Shown here: positions 41,572-50,877 of the stretch, one piece after another
Numbering within the stretch: position 1 is the stretch's first letter
Layout: each line of letters opens with the position of its first letter
Assembly (NCBI GenBank): GCA_963677485.1
Contig: OY781964.1
Coordinates: 768,001 to 832,000, forward strand
DNA: 64,000 nt
Origin: Armatimonadota bacterium
Lineage (GTDB): Bacteria; Armatimonadota; HRBIN16
Direction of reading: 5' to 3'
Notes under the pieces: generated by a model
The model's input: the letters and a program-made list of their open reading frames with translations, nothing else
Told to the model about the DNA's origin: nothing
The model's database searches: none
Program-made: the position numbers and the translations under genes

Positions 41572-42263
41572 GCATCTTTGCCATCGTTCCGGCGCATAAC
41601 GAATCATCACATATCACCGCCACGTTGTGTGCGTTGAAGCAGTTCGTGCCGGCTGAGAACATAGTGGGCGTGGCTGACAACTGCTCAGACGACACTTTCG
41701 CGCTCATGCAGAGTGCTGGCATCCAAGCCGTTCAGCGAAATGGGAACGGCGGCAAATCCGCGGCGGTAGCGAGTGGAATGCGGGCTTGTGCTGATTTGCC
41801 GATTAGTGATAGCGACACGTTGCTGCTCTGCGATGCCGACGTGGCTGAAAGCGCGATCGAGCTTCGTGAGTTGTGCAGTGCTCTGGTGGATCAAGCCGCT
41901 CAAGCCGCCGTCGCTGTGTTTCCTTCTGCTGGAAAAGCAGCCGGGATGGGCTTCGTGGTGCGGTACTCCAAGAAAGTTTTGTTGAGGCACACAGGGCAAC
42001 AGTTCCAGGCACCGCTCAGTGGGCAACGTGCTATACAGTGGAAGTATGCCCGCAAACTCAAGGCGTTTTGCAGTTATTACGGACTTGAGGTGGGTATGAG
42101 CACCGACCTGCATATGCTGGGTGCCAACATCATTGAGGTTCCGGTTAATATGACACACCGGCACACCGGGCGCAGCCTTGCCGGGTTCCTGCACCGGGCG
42201 AAACAGGGCTACCACGCTTTTCGAGCAGCACATGGAGTCAGAGACATACCGATATGGGCTTAA
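41568..42263 (+). CDS. Glycosyltransferase family 2
   Basis: 'IVPAHNE', 'DNCSDDT', 'DAD', 'PLSGQRA', 'YGLEVGM', 'HRHTGR..GFLHRAKQ'. Confidence 0.85.
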   Translation: MSIFAIVPAHNESSHITATLCALKQFVPAENIVGVADNCSDDTFALMQSAGIQAVQRNGNGGKSAAVASGMRACADLPISDSDTLLLCDADVAESAIELRELCSALVDQAAQAAVAVFPSAGKAAGMGFVVRYSKKVLLRHTGQQFQAPLSGQRAIQWKYARKLKAFCSYYGLEVGMSTDLHMLGANIIEVPVNMTHRHTGRSLAGFLHRAKQGYHAFRAAHGVRDIPIWA

Positions 42264-43117
42264 CCAATCCGCTTCTTTACCTTCTCCTTGTCCCCTTGCT
42301 GTTGTTTTTCATCAGCAAACCACTCTTGTTAAAATACGCAAAACGCATGGGGTTACAACGCACCAATTTCCTGGGCAACCCTGTGGCATTAGGCTACGGC
42401 ATGACCATATGGCTGCTGTGCCTGGTGTTGTTTGGCACTATGGTGTGGCTTGTCGATGAAGTGCCTTTTTACCTCATGTTGCTCATCACCACCGGGTGGT
42501 ATGGGCTGCTAGGGACGATTGATGACCTGTTCGGCAAGCGTGATGGCGAACCAAAAGGGTTGAAAGGCCATTTCTCAGCGTTGTTCAAAGGAAGGATCAC
42601 CACAGGCTTGATTAAGGCCGTCGGAGGTCTGCTTGGTGCCGTCTGGCTGGGAGGCATCACCGCTCAGCACACTTGGCAGTGGCCTGTCAACACGTTGTTG
42701 ATTGCGCTGAGTGCCAACGCCATCAATCTGTTCGACCTGCGGCCAGGACGAGCCATCACCATCAGCCTTGTGGCACTCGCTGTGTGCGCGATTTTGGCAT
42801 TTCAAGAGAGCCAAATTTACCTGTTTATTGGACTGATTCTCATATGGAGTATGTGTTTCTTCTGGCGGAAGGAAGATGCGCAGGCGAAGGCGATGATGGG
42901 CGACAGCGGCAGCAACCTGCTGGGTGCCGTGATGGGCGTCTCGCTGGCTATCTGCTTGCCTGCCTGGGCATCAGTAAGCTGGCTAGTGGTGTTGATCCTG
43001 CTGCATGTCGCCGCGGAGCGCGTCTCATTTAGTCAGTTGATTGAACGCACACCATGGCTGGCGCGTATCGACAGCCTTACCGGCCTTCGGAAGCCAGCAC
43101 GAAAAACAACTCGTTAG
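42254..43117 (+). CDS. MraY/WecA-like polyprenyl-phosphate sugar-phosphate transferase (multi-TM)
   Basis: 'LLGTIDD', 'KGLKGH', 'ANAINLFDLRPGRA', 'MMGDSGSNLLG'. Confidence 0.82.
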   Translation: MGLTNPLLYLLLVPLLLFFISKPLLLKYAKRMGLQRTNFLGNPVALGYGMTIWLLCLVLFGTMVWLVDEVPFYLMLLITTGWYGLLGTIDDLFGKRDGEPKGLKGHFSALFKGRITTGLIKAVGGLLGAVWLGGITAQHTWQWPVNTLLIALSANAINLFDLRPGRAITISLVALAVCAILAFQESQIYLFIGLILIWSMCFFWRKEDAQAKAMMGDSGSNLLGAVMGVSLAICLPAWASVSWLVVLILLHVAAERVSFSQLIERTPWLARIDSLTGLRKPARKTTR

Positions 43118-43847
43118 GAAACACGAGCTCAGTAACCTCATAGTCACACTGCGACATCAACCGATGGAACTGCTCGCGGTAGTTCTCCAGCATCCCTTTG
43201 TTGCGCCCGCCCAGGCTTCTAATGGGATAACTCACCACAATGTGCCTGGCGTGGATAGAGCGCAGCAGTTGCAGCGCACCGCCCTTGCACTGCTGCTCCA
43301 TACAGGGCAGAGTCTTCAACACCAACGCCACATCAAACTGTCCAGTGGGCAGCTCGCTCAGTGCATCAGCCCAGACGCAGTTACCAGCCCAGTTTTGTGA
43401 CTGGCTCACATGGTTCACCAGGCTGACCAGTCTGCTATCAATCTCACAGCCCATGATTTCGCACTCGGAGCTTAGCCCCATCTGAACTCTGGCAAGTGGA
43501 TTCAACCCACAAGCGACATCCAATATGCGATCAGGAACTCCTGCGATGGCCCAGATAGCCGGAAAAATCTGCTCATAATACCCGAGCCGTTCATTGGTTG
43601 AGGCATGCTGTGCTAATAATCCAAGCACATCATCGGTGGATTTTGAGAGTTGGATATCGCCTTCGATATAGCTGCCGAACACCTGATGCAGTTTCCGTTT
43701 CGCCTCTTTGGTGGCCATTTTAACCGGGTATCGACACAATGCCCATGCGGCAATACGGCGCAATACGGCGGGGTAGAGAGCAGCATACTTCGTGGTGTGG
43801 CTCAACTCAACGACGAGACTCTCTACATCCTCCGGGGCACCCATCAC
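43077..43847 (-). CDS. 16S rRNA m7G1405 methyltransferase (Rmt/ArmA/Sgm family)
   Basis: 'KRKLHQVFGSY', 'HASTNERL', 'LDVACGLNPL', 'VLKTLPCMEQQ', 'VVSYPIRSLGGRNKGM..NY', 'NEL'. Confidence 0.88.
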   Translation of the reverse strand: MMGAPEDVESLVVELSHTTKYAALYPAVLRRIAAWALCRYPVKMATKEAKRKLHQVFGSYIEGDIQLSKSTDDVLGLLAQHASTNERLGYYEQIFPAIWAIAGVPDRILDVACGLNPLARVQMGLSSECEIMGCEIDSRLVSLVNHVSQSQNWAGNCVWADALSELPTGQFDVALVLKTLPCMEQQCKGGALQLLRSIHARHIVVSYPIRSLGGRNKGMLENYREQFHRLMSQCDYEVTELVFPNELFFVLASEGR

Positions 43848-44938
43848 GCTCTCAGTTCACAGATACGTGCCATCAGCCGTGTATACACCCGCAGGTTATG
43901 CATCGTGGCCAGGCGGTGGGCCACAGAGTCGTTCAGTTGGAATAGATGGTGCATGTAGGCACGGCTGTATCGACGACAACAGGGGCAGTCACAACTCTCA
44001 TCCACAGGGGATTTATCTCTGATGTATTTCGTATCTTGGATGTGCAGATAGTCGATGAAACCTCGCGAAGTGAAGTCCAGATTCGCCGGAGCACCCGGTT
44101 TATATATATACAACCGCTTGTGGCGTGCATCGCGGGTGGGCATCACACAGTCAAAAGTATCAAACCCAAATGAGGCCGCTGTCAGCGTGTTCTCAGGTGA
44201 GCCTATGCCCAAGGCGTGCCGCGGCAGCTCATCAGGGGTTATTTCGCAGAACTGCCCCACAGCGCCGACCAGCTCACCACCCGCCCCAATCGGCCAGCCG
44301 CCGTATCCGTAGCCGTCAAACCCGATCTCTTGAAGCCGTAGAGCACACTCGCGCCGAAGCTCGGGGTCGCTTCCGCCCTGCACAATGCCATACAGTAAAG
44401 GTGCCTGATGGCCCACTTTACGTATGCGGATCTGCCGGTGCCACTCTTCTTTGCAGCGCTTTGCCCATGCCACGGTCAGTTCCACACTCCGTCTTTGAGC
44501 AGGTGCATCGTCTTCTGGGTGAGTGCAAACATCCAGACAGAATACGATGTCGGCACCCAGCCGGAACTGCTTTTCGATACTTTTCTCCGGGCTAAGCATC
44601 TCTTTTTTTCCGTCCGATGCACTCTTGTAACTGAATCCGCCGCTTCCGATGGAGCCAAGTGAGGGGTTTTCTCTCAGCAACGAATAGACCTGGAACCCGC
44701 CGGAATCACACATCACAGGCGCTTGCCATCCCATAAAATCATGGATGCCACCCAGACTGCTGATGGAATTTACTCCCGGTGAGCTGCTGAGATGCAGCAG
44801 GTTGACCATGAGGGCTTTGATTCCCACACTCTCCAGATCTGCACTGTCCAGTGTGCGAACCACAGCTCGCGTGCCGTCGGGCAGAAAGGCTGGCAGGGGC
44901 AGCACACCGCTTTGCAGCAATAACTCAGTGGGCCTCAA
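43844..44938 (-). CDS. tgt: tRNA-guanine transglycosylase-family protein (divergent TGT)
   Basis: 'DSGGFQVYSL', 'LDVC', 'GIVQGG', 'FDCVMPTRDARH', Zn site 'CDCPCC...HNL'; atypical 'GGWP' in place of 'GGLSVGE'. Confidence 0.85.
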   Translation of the reverse strand: MRPTELLLQSGVLPLPAFLPDGTRAVVRTLDSADLESVGIKALMVNLLHLSSSPGVNSISSLGGIHDFMGWQAPVMCDSGGFQVYSLLRENPSLGSIGSGGFSYKSASDGKKEMLSPEKSIEKQFRLGADIVFCLDVCTHPEDDAPAQRRSVELTVAWAKRCKEEWHRQIRIRKVGHQAPLLYGIVQGGSDPELRRECALRLQEIGFDGYGYGGWPIGAGGELVGAVGQFCEITPDELPRHALGIGSPENTLTAASFGFDTFDCVMPTRDARHKRLYIYKPGAPANLDFTSRGFIDYLHIQDTKYIRDKSPVDESCDCPCCRRYSRAYMHHLFQLNDSVAHRLATMHNLRVYTRLMARICELRA

Positions 44939-45759
44939 AAGAACTCCTTTTCGTCGAATTCATCGGCATCATCAGCTTCGTCTGTTTCTCCAGATTCATC
45001 AACTTCATCTGCAAATCGATCATAATCCGGGCTGTCTATGAGCTTTTCTTCTATTTCACCATCATCAGGATCAATGAACTTCTTGTTCTTCCCGGCGATC
45101 ACAACCACAATCTCACCACGCGGAACTTCATTTCTGAAGCACTCGATCAGACCATCCAGGTTGTCCCGAGTCACGGTCTCAAACATTTTGGTCAGCTCTA
45201 GGCAAACCGCGGCGTGCCGGTTGCCCAAAGATTTGCGCGCATCTTCCAGCAACCCCAACAGCCTTCCGGGTGCTTCATACATGATGAGCGTATGCGGGCT
45301 GTTCATCTCAGCCTCTAAAAAGTGACATCGCTTGCCAGTTTTCCGCGGAGGGAAGCCCAGAAAAGTAAAGCTACTATTGGGCAATCCCGAGGCCAACAAA
45401 GCCGTGATGGTCGCACTAGGCCCTGGCAAGACCTCGATCTCATGACCACCATCGATCGCGGCCCGTATCGCCAGATATCCAGGATCGCTGATGCCCGGGC
45501 TGCCTGCATCGGAAACCAAACCCACCTTGAGACCCTGGTTCAGCAGGGTGAGTATCCCCTTAGTCGCCTGCCGTTCGTTGTGCTCATGGTAGCTAAAAAC
45601 TCTTGGGGGACGCGCGATTTCATGGCGTTTCAGAAGAATGCTGGTGTGGCGTGTGTCCTCGCATGCAAGCGCATCCAATGAGTTCAACTCACGCAAGGCG
45701 CGAAGTGTCAGATCCTCAAGGTTGCCGATTGGAGTGGCGATGACTAGTAACTTGCCCAA
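44935..45759 (-). CDS. rsmI: 16S rRNA C1402 2'-O-methyltransferase, with acidic C-terminal tail
   Basis: 'ATPIGNLEDLT.RA', 'CEDTRHT', 'SDAGSPGISDPG', 'PGPSA', 'ELTKMFE', 'RGEIVVV'. Confidence 0.93.
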   Translation of the reverse strand: MGKLLVIATPIGNLEDLTLRALRELNSLDALACEDTRHTSILLKRHEIARPPRVFSYHEHNERQATKGILTLLNQGLKVGLVSDAGSPGISDPGYLAIRAAIDGGHEIEVLPGPSATITALLASGLPNSSFTFLGFPPRKTGKRCHFLEAEMNSPHTLIMYEAPGRLLGLLEDARKSLGNRHAAVCLELTKMFETVTRDNLDGLIECFRNEVPRGEIVVVIAGKNKKFIDPDDGEIEEKLIDSPDYDRFADEVDESGETDEADDADEFDEKEFF

Positions 45760-45861
45760 TAGATTCCTCTTTTGTGGATATTCGATTGTCTGATGTCACT
45801 GTAAGATTCTACCAGTTAATGAACGAGTGGGATGTAACCGAGCATGATGGGACAGACGGAA

Positions 45862-45891
45862 GGCGGGGCTACAACGAATTGTAGCCTCGCC
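45862..45891 (-). terminator. Hairpin downstream of melA
   Basis: GCGGGGCTACAA-CGAA-TTGTAGCCTCGC; weak U-tract. Confidence 0.5.
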
Positions 45892-45901
45892 GTGGTACCC
45901 G

Positions 45902-47203
45902 CTAGATGAGCGGCTTCAGTGGGATCAAGTCGCCGTGCTCTGCCAGCAGGTCATCGACCATGGCCCAGATTTCGTCCATCGTGAGCTCAGCCTTGGTGTG
46001 GGGATCAAGCATGGCGGCATGGTAGACCAGGTCGCGGTTGCCCGTCAAAGCGGCCTCCACCGTACACGCTTGCACCGCTATGTTAGTGCTGATATAGCTG
46101 GCCAACTGCACGGGCAGGTCACCGATCACGGTCGGCTGCAGCCCGTTCTTGTCCACCAATACCGGCACCTCGACACTGCAGCCTGGCATCAGGTTGGTGA
46201 TCAAGCCATTGTTTGGCACGTTGCCGTAGATCACGCGCGGGATACCAGTCTCCATAGAGTGGATGATCAGCGAGCCGTATTCTGCACTGCGATGCACTGT
46301 GATGGGGTCGTCAGATTCAAACTCCACACGCATCTTTTCCCATTCCGCATTCTGACTTTCGCAGCGACGCAGATACTCATCGATCGGTACATTGAAGCGT
46401 TCGATCAACTCTGGGCAGTCCCGACGGATAAAGTAAGGAGTATATTCCGCGTGGTGTTCACTGGATTCGGTCACGTAATAACCCAGCCGCATCATCATCT
46501 CAAACCGCACTCGGTCATGGTCAGGCACCTTGCCGTCGGCATAGAGTTTGCGCAAAGCCGGATACAGGTCCTGGCCGTTGTGCTGGAAAGTCAGATAAAA
46601 CGCCATGTGGTTGATGCCGGCGCAGATGTAGTTCACCTCATCGCCGGGAATACCCAGCAGATGAGCCAGCCCATGCGCTGATCCTTGAACACTGTGGCAA
46701 AGCCCCACACCCTTCACACCGGTCGCCTTCATGGCGGCCCAGGTGTTCATAGCCATCGGGTTAGTGTAATTGAGTAAAGTGCTTCCCGGGGCCAACTGCT
46801 TCATTTCGTTGCAGAAGTCCACCATCACAGGGATGGTGCGCAGTGCCCGCATGATACCACCGATGCCGAGGGTATCACCGATGGTTTGCTTCAAGCCATA
46901 CCGACTGGGTATCTCAAAGTCTGTGACAGTAGCGGGCTTATACCCGCCCACTTGAATGGTGTTAATAACATAGTTCGTATCGGCGATGGCCTCTTGCCTG
47001 TTGGTGGTCGCGGTGATTTTCGGGTTGGCCCCTACCGCTTTGGCCACCTTCTCAGCCACGCGTTTGGCGGTATGCAGCCGCGCCTCATCGATGTCCATTA
47101 AGGCGATTTCCACCTCTTTCAGCTCGTCAAAGCTGAGGATGTCGCCTAAAAGATTACGGGTGAACACGACGCTGCCTGCGCCGATCAATGTGATTTTCGC
47201 CAT
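45902..47203 (-). CDS. melA: NAD+-dependent alpha-galactosidase (GH4)
   Basis: 'IGAGSVVF', 'QTIGDTLGIGG', 'NYTNPM', 'GLCHSVQ', 'AGINHM', 'TESSEH'. Confidence 0.92.
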   Translation of the reverse strand: MAKITLIGAGSVVFTRNLLGDILSFDELKEVEIALMDIDEARLHTAKRVAEKVAKAVGANPKITATTNRQEAIADTNYVINTIQVGGYKPATVTDFEIPSRYGLKQTIGDTLGIGGIMRALRTIPVMVDFCNEMKQLAPGSTLLNYTNPMAMNTWAAMKATGVKGVGLCHSVQGSAHGLAHLLGIPGDEVNYICAGINHMAFYLTFQHNGQDLYPALRKLYADGKVPDHDRVRFEMMMRLGYYVTESSEHHAEYTPYFIRRDCPELIERFNVPIDEYLRRCESQNAEWEKMRVEFESDDPITVHRSAEYGSLIIHSMETGIPRVIYGNVPNNGLITNLMPGCSVEVPVLVDKNGLQPTVIGDLPVQLASYISTNIAVQACTVEAALTGNRDLVYHAAMLDPHTKAELTMDEIWAMVDDLLAEHGDLIPLKPLI

Positions 47204-47379
47204 GGTGCCTGACCTCTTGTGTATGAATCTCCATTCTATTATATTGCATATGCCCTTAAGCCCATCTATCGCTGTGTATCGTCATATATCGGCTGCGCCG
47301 AATAATGCGGAATGGTCTCATCTTGACTTGGTGTGCTCTATCAGTCAAACTGAAATAGGAAAGGTGGTCCTAAAACACT

Positions 47380-48651
47380 GTGTTGCACCTGATCACTGTC
47401 GGATTAAGCCATCATACAGCACCGCTGATGTTGCGCGAACAGTTCTCTTTTGAGGGCTCCCGTTTAGATACCGTGCTGCTGGCGTTGATGCGGGCAGGAG
47501 CACGTGAGGCCGTGGTTTTATCCACCTGTAACCGAACAGAGATCACAGTCCGTGGTTTGGCCGATCAAGAGCTGATACGAATACTGAGTGCCCAAACCGA
47601 CATCGCACTTAGCATCTTTACTCCACACCTCTACATCTATAAAGCCGAAGAAGCGGTCTCCCACCTGTTTCATGTGGCGGCCGGTCTCGATTCGCTCGTA
47701 TTGGGCGAACATGAGATCCTGGGACAGGTGCGTAGAGCCTGGGATACGGCGAAGAAAATAGGCTGCAGCGGCCGGCTGATGGATGCACTTTTCCGATCAG
47801 CCTTGACCTTAGGCAAGAATGTCAGGTCTAGCACTGAGCTTGGCCAACATGCGATATCGATAGGTTCGCTCGCGTTGCGAAAAGCGATTGACGAGTTTCC
47901 TGACTTCTGGCAACGCAACATCATGGTGGTCGGTGCCGGGAAAATGGGCCAACGGCTGATCAACGAGCTTGTCGACCGCAGGAAAGAATCGGGCACTTTT
48001 ACCCCAATCACCGTCCTCACAAGAAGCCCCAAACAGGCGAAATTGAAGGCCGACTTTCCCGGAGTACGCCTGCTTGAGACGGCGAAACTATACGAACTTC
48101 TACCAGAAGCCGATGTGATTTTCACCTGCACCGATTCGCTTTCCCCACTCCTGGATTGCGCCTCGCTTCTACCGCTTACAGCAAAAAGACACGGACGGCC
48201 GCTGTTATTGGTGGACCTCGGGGTGCCGCGAAACATCAGCCCCTGCGTCCGTAAGGCCGATTTCGTGCACCTCTTCGACTTGGAAGACTTGAATGCGCTC
48301 TCCGAAGCTCATAGTGCTGCACGTGCCGAATCCATTCCGTCGGCAAAACGCCTTCTAGAAGAGCATATGGCCGTGTTTATCGAACGCTGGAGACTGCGTG
48401 ATAATATCGAGACTATCAAGTCACTGAAGGCTGATGTGGAACGGATTCGGCAGCAACAACTGGAGTGGGCTACACCCAAAATGGGTGAGTTATCACCATC
48501 GCAGCAACAGATTCTAGACCAAATGTCACGAAGGTTGGTACAGCAAATGCTTCACAAGCCCCTCTCAGCTCTTAACCAGTCTGACGGAAACACCGCCTTA
48601 ATCGAGGCCTTCGTGCGCATCTTCGGACTAGAAAAAGAAGGCGATTCATAG
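47380..48651 (+). CDS. hemA: Glutamyl-tRNA reductase
   Basis: 'SHHTAP..LRE', 'STCNRTE', 'GLDSLVLGE.EILGQV', 'GAGKMG', 'DLGVPRNI'. Confidence 0.93.
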   Translation: MLHLITVGLSHHTAPLMLREQFSFEGSRLDTVLLALMRAGAREAVVLSTCNRTEITVRGLADQELIRILSAQTDIALSIFTPHLYIYKAEEAVSHLFHVAAGLDSLVLGEHEILGQVRRAWDTAKKIGCSGRLMDALFRSALTLGKNVRSSTELGQHAISIGSLALRKAIDEFPDFWQRNIMVVGAGKMGQRLINELVDRRKESGTFTPITVLTRSPKQAKLKADFPGVRLLETAKLYELLPEADVIFTCTDSLSPLLDCASLLPLTAKRHGRPLLLVDLGVPRNISPCVRKADFVHLFDLEDLNALSEAHSAARAESIPSAKRLLEEHMAVFIERWRLRDNIETIKSLKADVERIRQQQLEWATPKMGELSPSQQQILDQMSRRLVQQMLHKPLSALNQSDGNTALIEAFVRIFGLEKEGDS

Positions 48652-48656
48652 AAACT

Positions 48657-49586
48657 GTGCTGCGCATTGGCACGCGAGGCAGTAAACTCGCATTGATCCA
48701 GGCAAACTGGGTAAAGACTCAACTTGAGCTTCGCAACCCCGATACCGAAGTTCAGCTTCACATCATCATCACTTCAGGTGACCGGCAACAGTACCAAGTG
48801 GTTGGAGCATTCACGAACGAAATCCAATCGGCGTTGTTGAACAATGAGATCGACATCGCTGTACACAGCATGAAAGACCTGCCCACACAACCGGTCAAAG
48901 GGCTCAAGATCGCCGCCGTGCCCTTGCGAGAAGACCCTCGGGATGCGTTGATCAGCCCCCTTGGAGGCTTGAAAGAGCTGCCGCCTGGCGCGGTGATCGG
49001 TGCAGGTAGCGCGCGCAGAGCGGCGCTCATTCATGCGGTCAGGCCCGATATTATCACCCAAAAGCTGACAGGCAATGTAGATACCAGGCTGCGGAAGCTG
49101 CGCGAGGGGCAATATCAAGGCATCGTGATGGCTATGGCAGCGCAAAACCGCATGGGATGGTGGACTGAAGGTAACGAGACCTTGACCGGTCTGCAAGTGC
49201 AGCCCTGGCCTACTGATGTTTTTCTTCCGGCCCCTGCTCAAGCGGCCCTGGCATTGGAGTGCCGCAGCTCAGACATTGGTGCGATAACAACCCTGTCGGC
49301 GTTAGATCACCCGCCGACCCATAGTGCAGTGATCGCCGAACGGGCAGTCTTACACCAACTGGGTGGCGGATGCTCCGCTCCGGTGGGGGCATACGCCTCA
49401 GTGACAGCGGATGAGCTGACATTAACTGCCATTGTGGCCAGTCAGAGCGGCTCTGATATCATAAAGATGCAGGCGCAAGGTTTGTGTGCGAACGCCCGTA
49501 AACTGGGCATCACTCTTGCAAAAAAAATGTTAAAACAAGGCGCGGATGTCATTCTACGTGAGGTAAGGAATTCAGATGAATCATAA
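48657..49586 (+). CDS. hemC: Hydroxymethylbilane synthase
   Basis: 'RIGTRGSKLAL.Q', 'DIAVHSMKDLP', 'GNVDTRL', 'LGGGCSAP'. Confidence 0.95.
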   Translation: MLRIGTRGSKLALIQANWVKTQLELRNPDTEVQLHIIITSGDRQQYQVVGAFTNEIQSALLNNEIDIAVHSMKDLPTQPVKGLKIAAVPLREDPRDALISPLGGLKELPPGAVIGAGSARRAALIHAVRPDIITQKLTGNVDTRLRKLREGQYQGIVMAMAAQNRMGWWTEGNETLTGLQVQPWPTDVFLPAPAQAALALECRSSDIGAITTLSALDHPPTHSAVIAERAVLHQLGGGCSAPVGAYASVTADELTLTAIVASQSGSDIIKMQAQGLCANARKLGITLAKKMLKQGADVILREVRNSDES

Positions 49587-50358
49587 CTTAAAAGGAATTC
49601 GTGTCATAGTCACACGCCCAGAAGGGCAAGGTGAGGGCCTGGTGTCCCGCTTTACCGAACTTGGCTCAACAGTTATTTCGATGCCTGTGATCTCCATCCA
49701 ACCGCCTGAACACTGGGGCGAGGTGGATACCGCTATCTGGTCTCTGCGCGATTACGACTGGGTGGTGTTCACAAGCACCAATGGTATCGCAAAGTTCTTT
49801 GATCGCATGGAGAAGCTGGGAATCAACAACATCGCATTGGACCCAGTGAAAATCGCCTGTGTGGGCCCCGCGACCGCATCTGCACTTCGAAAGCGGTACC
49901 GTGATCCTGACGCCATTCCGATTGAGTATATCTCCGACGCCCTACCTGCGGCGATGGGTGATGTTCATGGGAAAAAGATTATGCTGGCACAGGCCGACAT
50001 CGCACGCACCAGCTTGTCCGACGAGTTGACAGCCCATGGTGCGATTGTGACTAATGTGACTGTCTACCGCGTGCTGCAGATTGAACCAGCAAACACCGCC
50101 GAAGTGATGAGCGGCCCCATCCCCGACGTGATCACATTCACCAGCCCGTCTACGGTACGCAGCATGTGGGCACTGTTGCAGAAGCATGATAAAGCGGAGT
50201 GGTTCGCGCAGAGCAGGCTGGTCTGTATCGGACCGGTGACGAGTGCGGCCATTGAAGAGATCGGCTATTTCCGCATCACCACCGCTGAGAACTTCACCGA
50301 AGAGGGTCTTTTTGAGGCGGTATTGAGCAGCTATTCCAGCCCCAGCGATTTGGAGTAA
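49576..50358 (+). CDS. hemD: Uroporphyrinogen-III synthase
   Basis: 'VIVTRP', 'WVVFTSTNG', 'CVGPATA', 'FTSPSTV', 'CIGPVT'. Confidence 0.92.
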   Translation: MNHNLKGIRVIVTRPEGQGEGLVSRFTELGSTVISMPVISIQPPEHWGEVDTAIWSLRDYDWVVFTSTNGIAKFFDRMEKLGINNIALDPVKIACVGPATASALRKRYRDPDAIPIEYISDALPAAMGDVHGKKIMLAQADIARTSLSDELTAHGAIVTNVTVYRVLQIEPANTAEVMSGPIPDVITFTSPSTVRSMWALLQKHDKAEWFAQSRLVCIGPVTSAAIEEIGYFRITTAENFTEEGLFEAVLSSYSSPSDLE

Positions 50359-50377
50359 CCACCGTGCCCGTTCGCAC

Positions 50378-50515
50378 ATAGGGGCAACCCCCCGTGCTTG
50401 CCCTGTATGGTGCTGCAGTTTCGCAACAGGATTTTAGTGGCAGGCACGGTGGGCTGCCCCTACGATGTCCGTGCCGGTTTCACTAACCTGGGCAGCCACG
50501 GGGGGCTGCCCCTAC
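50378..50515. repeat. GTAG-type REP cluster, family C (TAGGGGCA.CCCCCCGTG)
   Basis: ATAGGGGCAACCCCCCGTGCTTGCCC at 50378; inverted copies ending GCTGCCCCTAC at 50463 and 50515. Confidence 0.78.
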
Positions 50516-50530
50516 GCATGTTCTTATACC

Positions 50531-50856
50531 CATTGCGTTAAATGCATCCCCTCGCCATCTGCGTCCATCTGCGTCCATCCGCGGTTCAGGCATCCCCCTT
50601 TCGCGTCTTTGCATCCTTGCGCCATTGCTTTAAATGCATCCCATCCCCATCTGCGTCCATCCGCGTTCATCCGCGGTTCAAACATCTCCCCCTTTGCGTC
50701 TTTGCACCCCTTGCGTCTTTGCGTTAAATGTATCCCCTCCCATCCCCATCTGCGTCCATCCGCGTCCATCCGCGGTTCAGGCATCCCCCCTTTGCACCCT
50801 TGCGCCATTGCGTTAAACGAACCCCCTCCCCTTCGCGTCTTCGCGTCTTCGCGTGG
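50531..50856. repeat. Composite ~90-bp tandem repeat built from non-palindromic 8-10-mers
   Basis: About 3.5 units of TTGC(G/T)TTAAA..ATCTGCGTCCATC(T/C)GCG...CCGCGGTTCA..CTTTGC, ending in (TTCGCGTC)n. Confidence 0.8.
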
Positions 50857-50877
50857 CACCTCCCGAGTACCCCCACA

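Noticed and set aside
50531-50856. CRISPR array or coding repeat (ORFs 50465-50977, 50524-50859)
   Set aside because: There are no unique spacers; the ORFs are low-complexity translations of the repeat in several frames.
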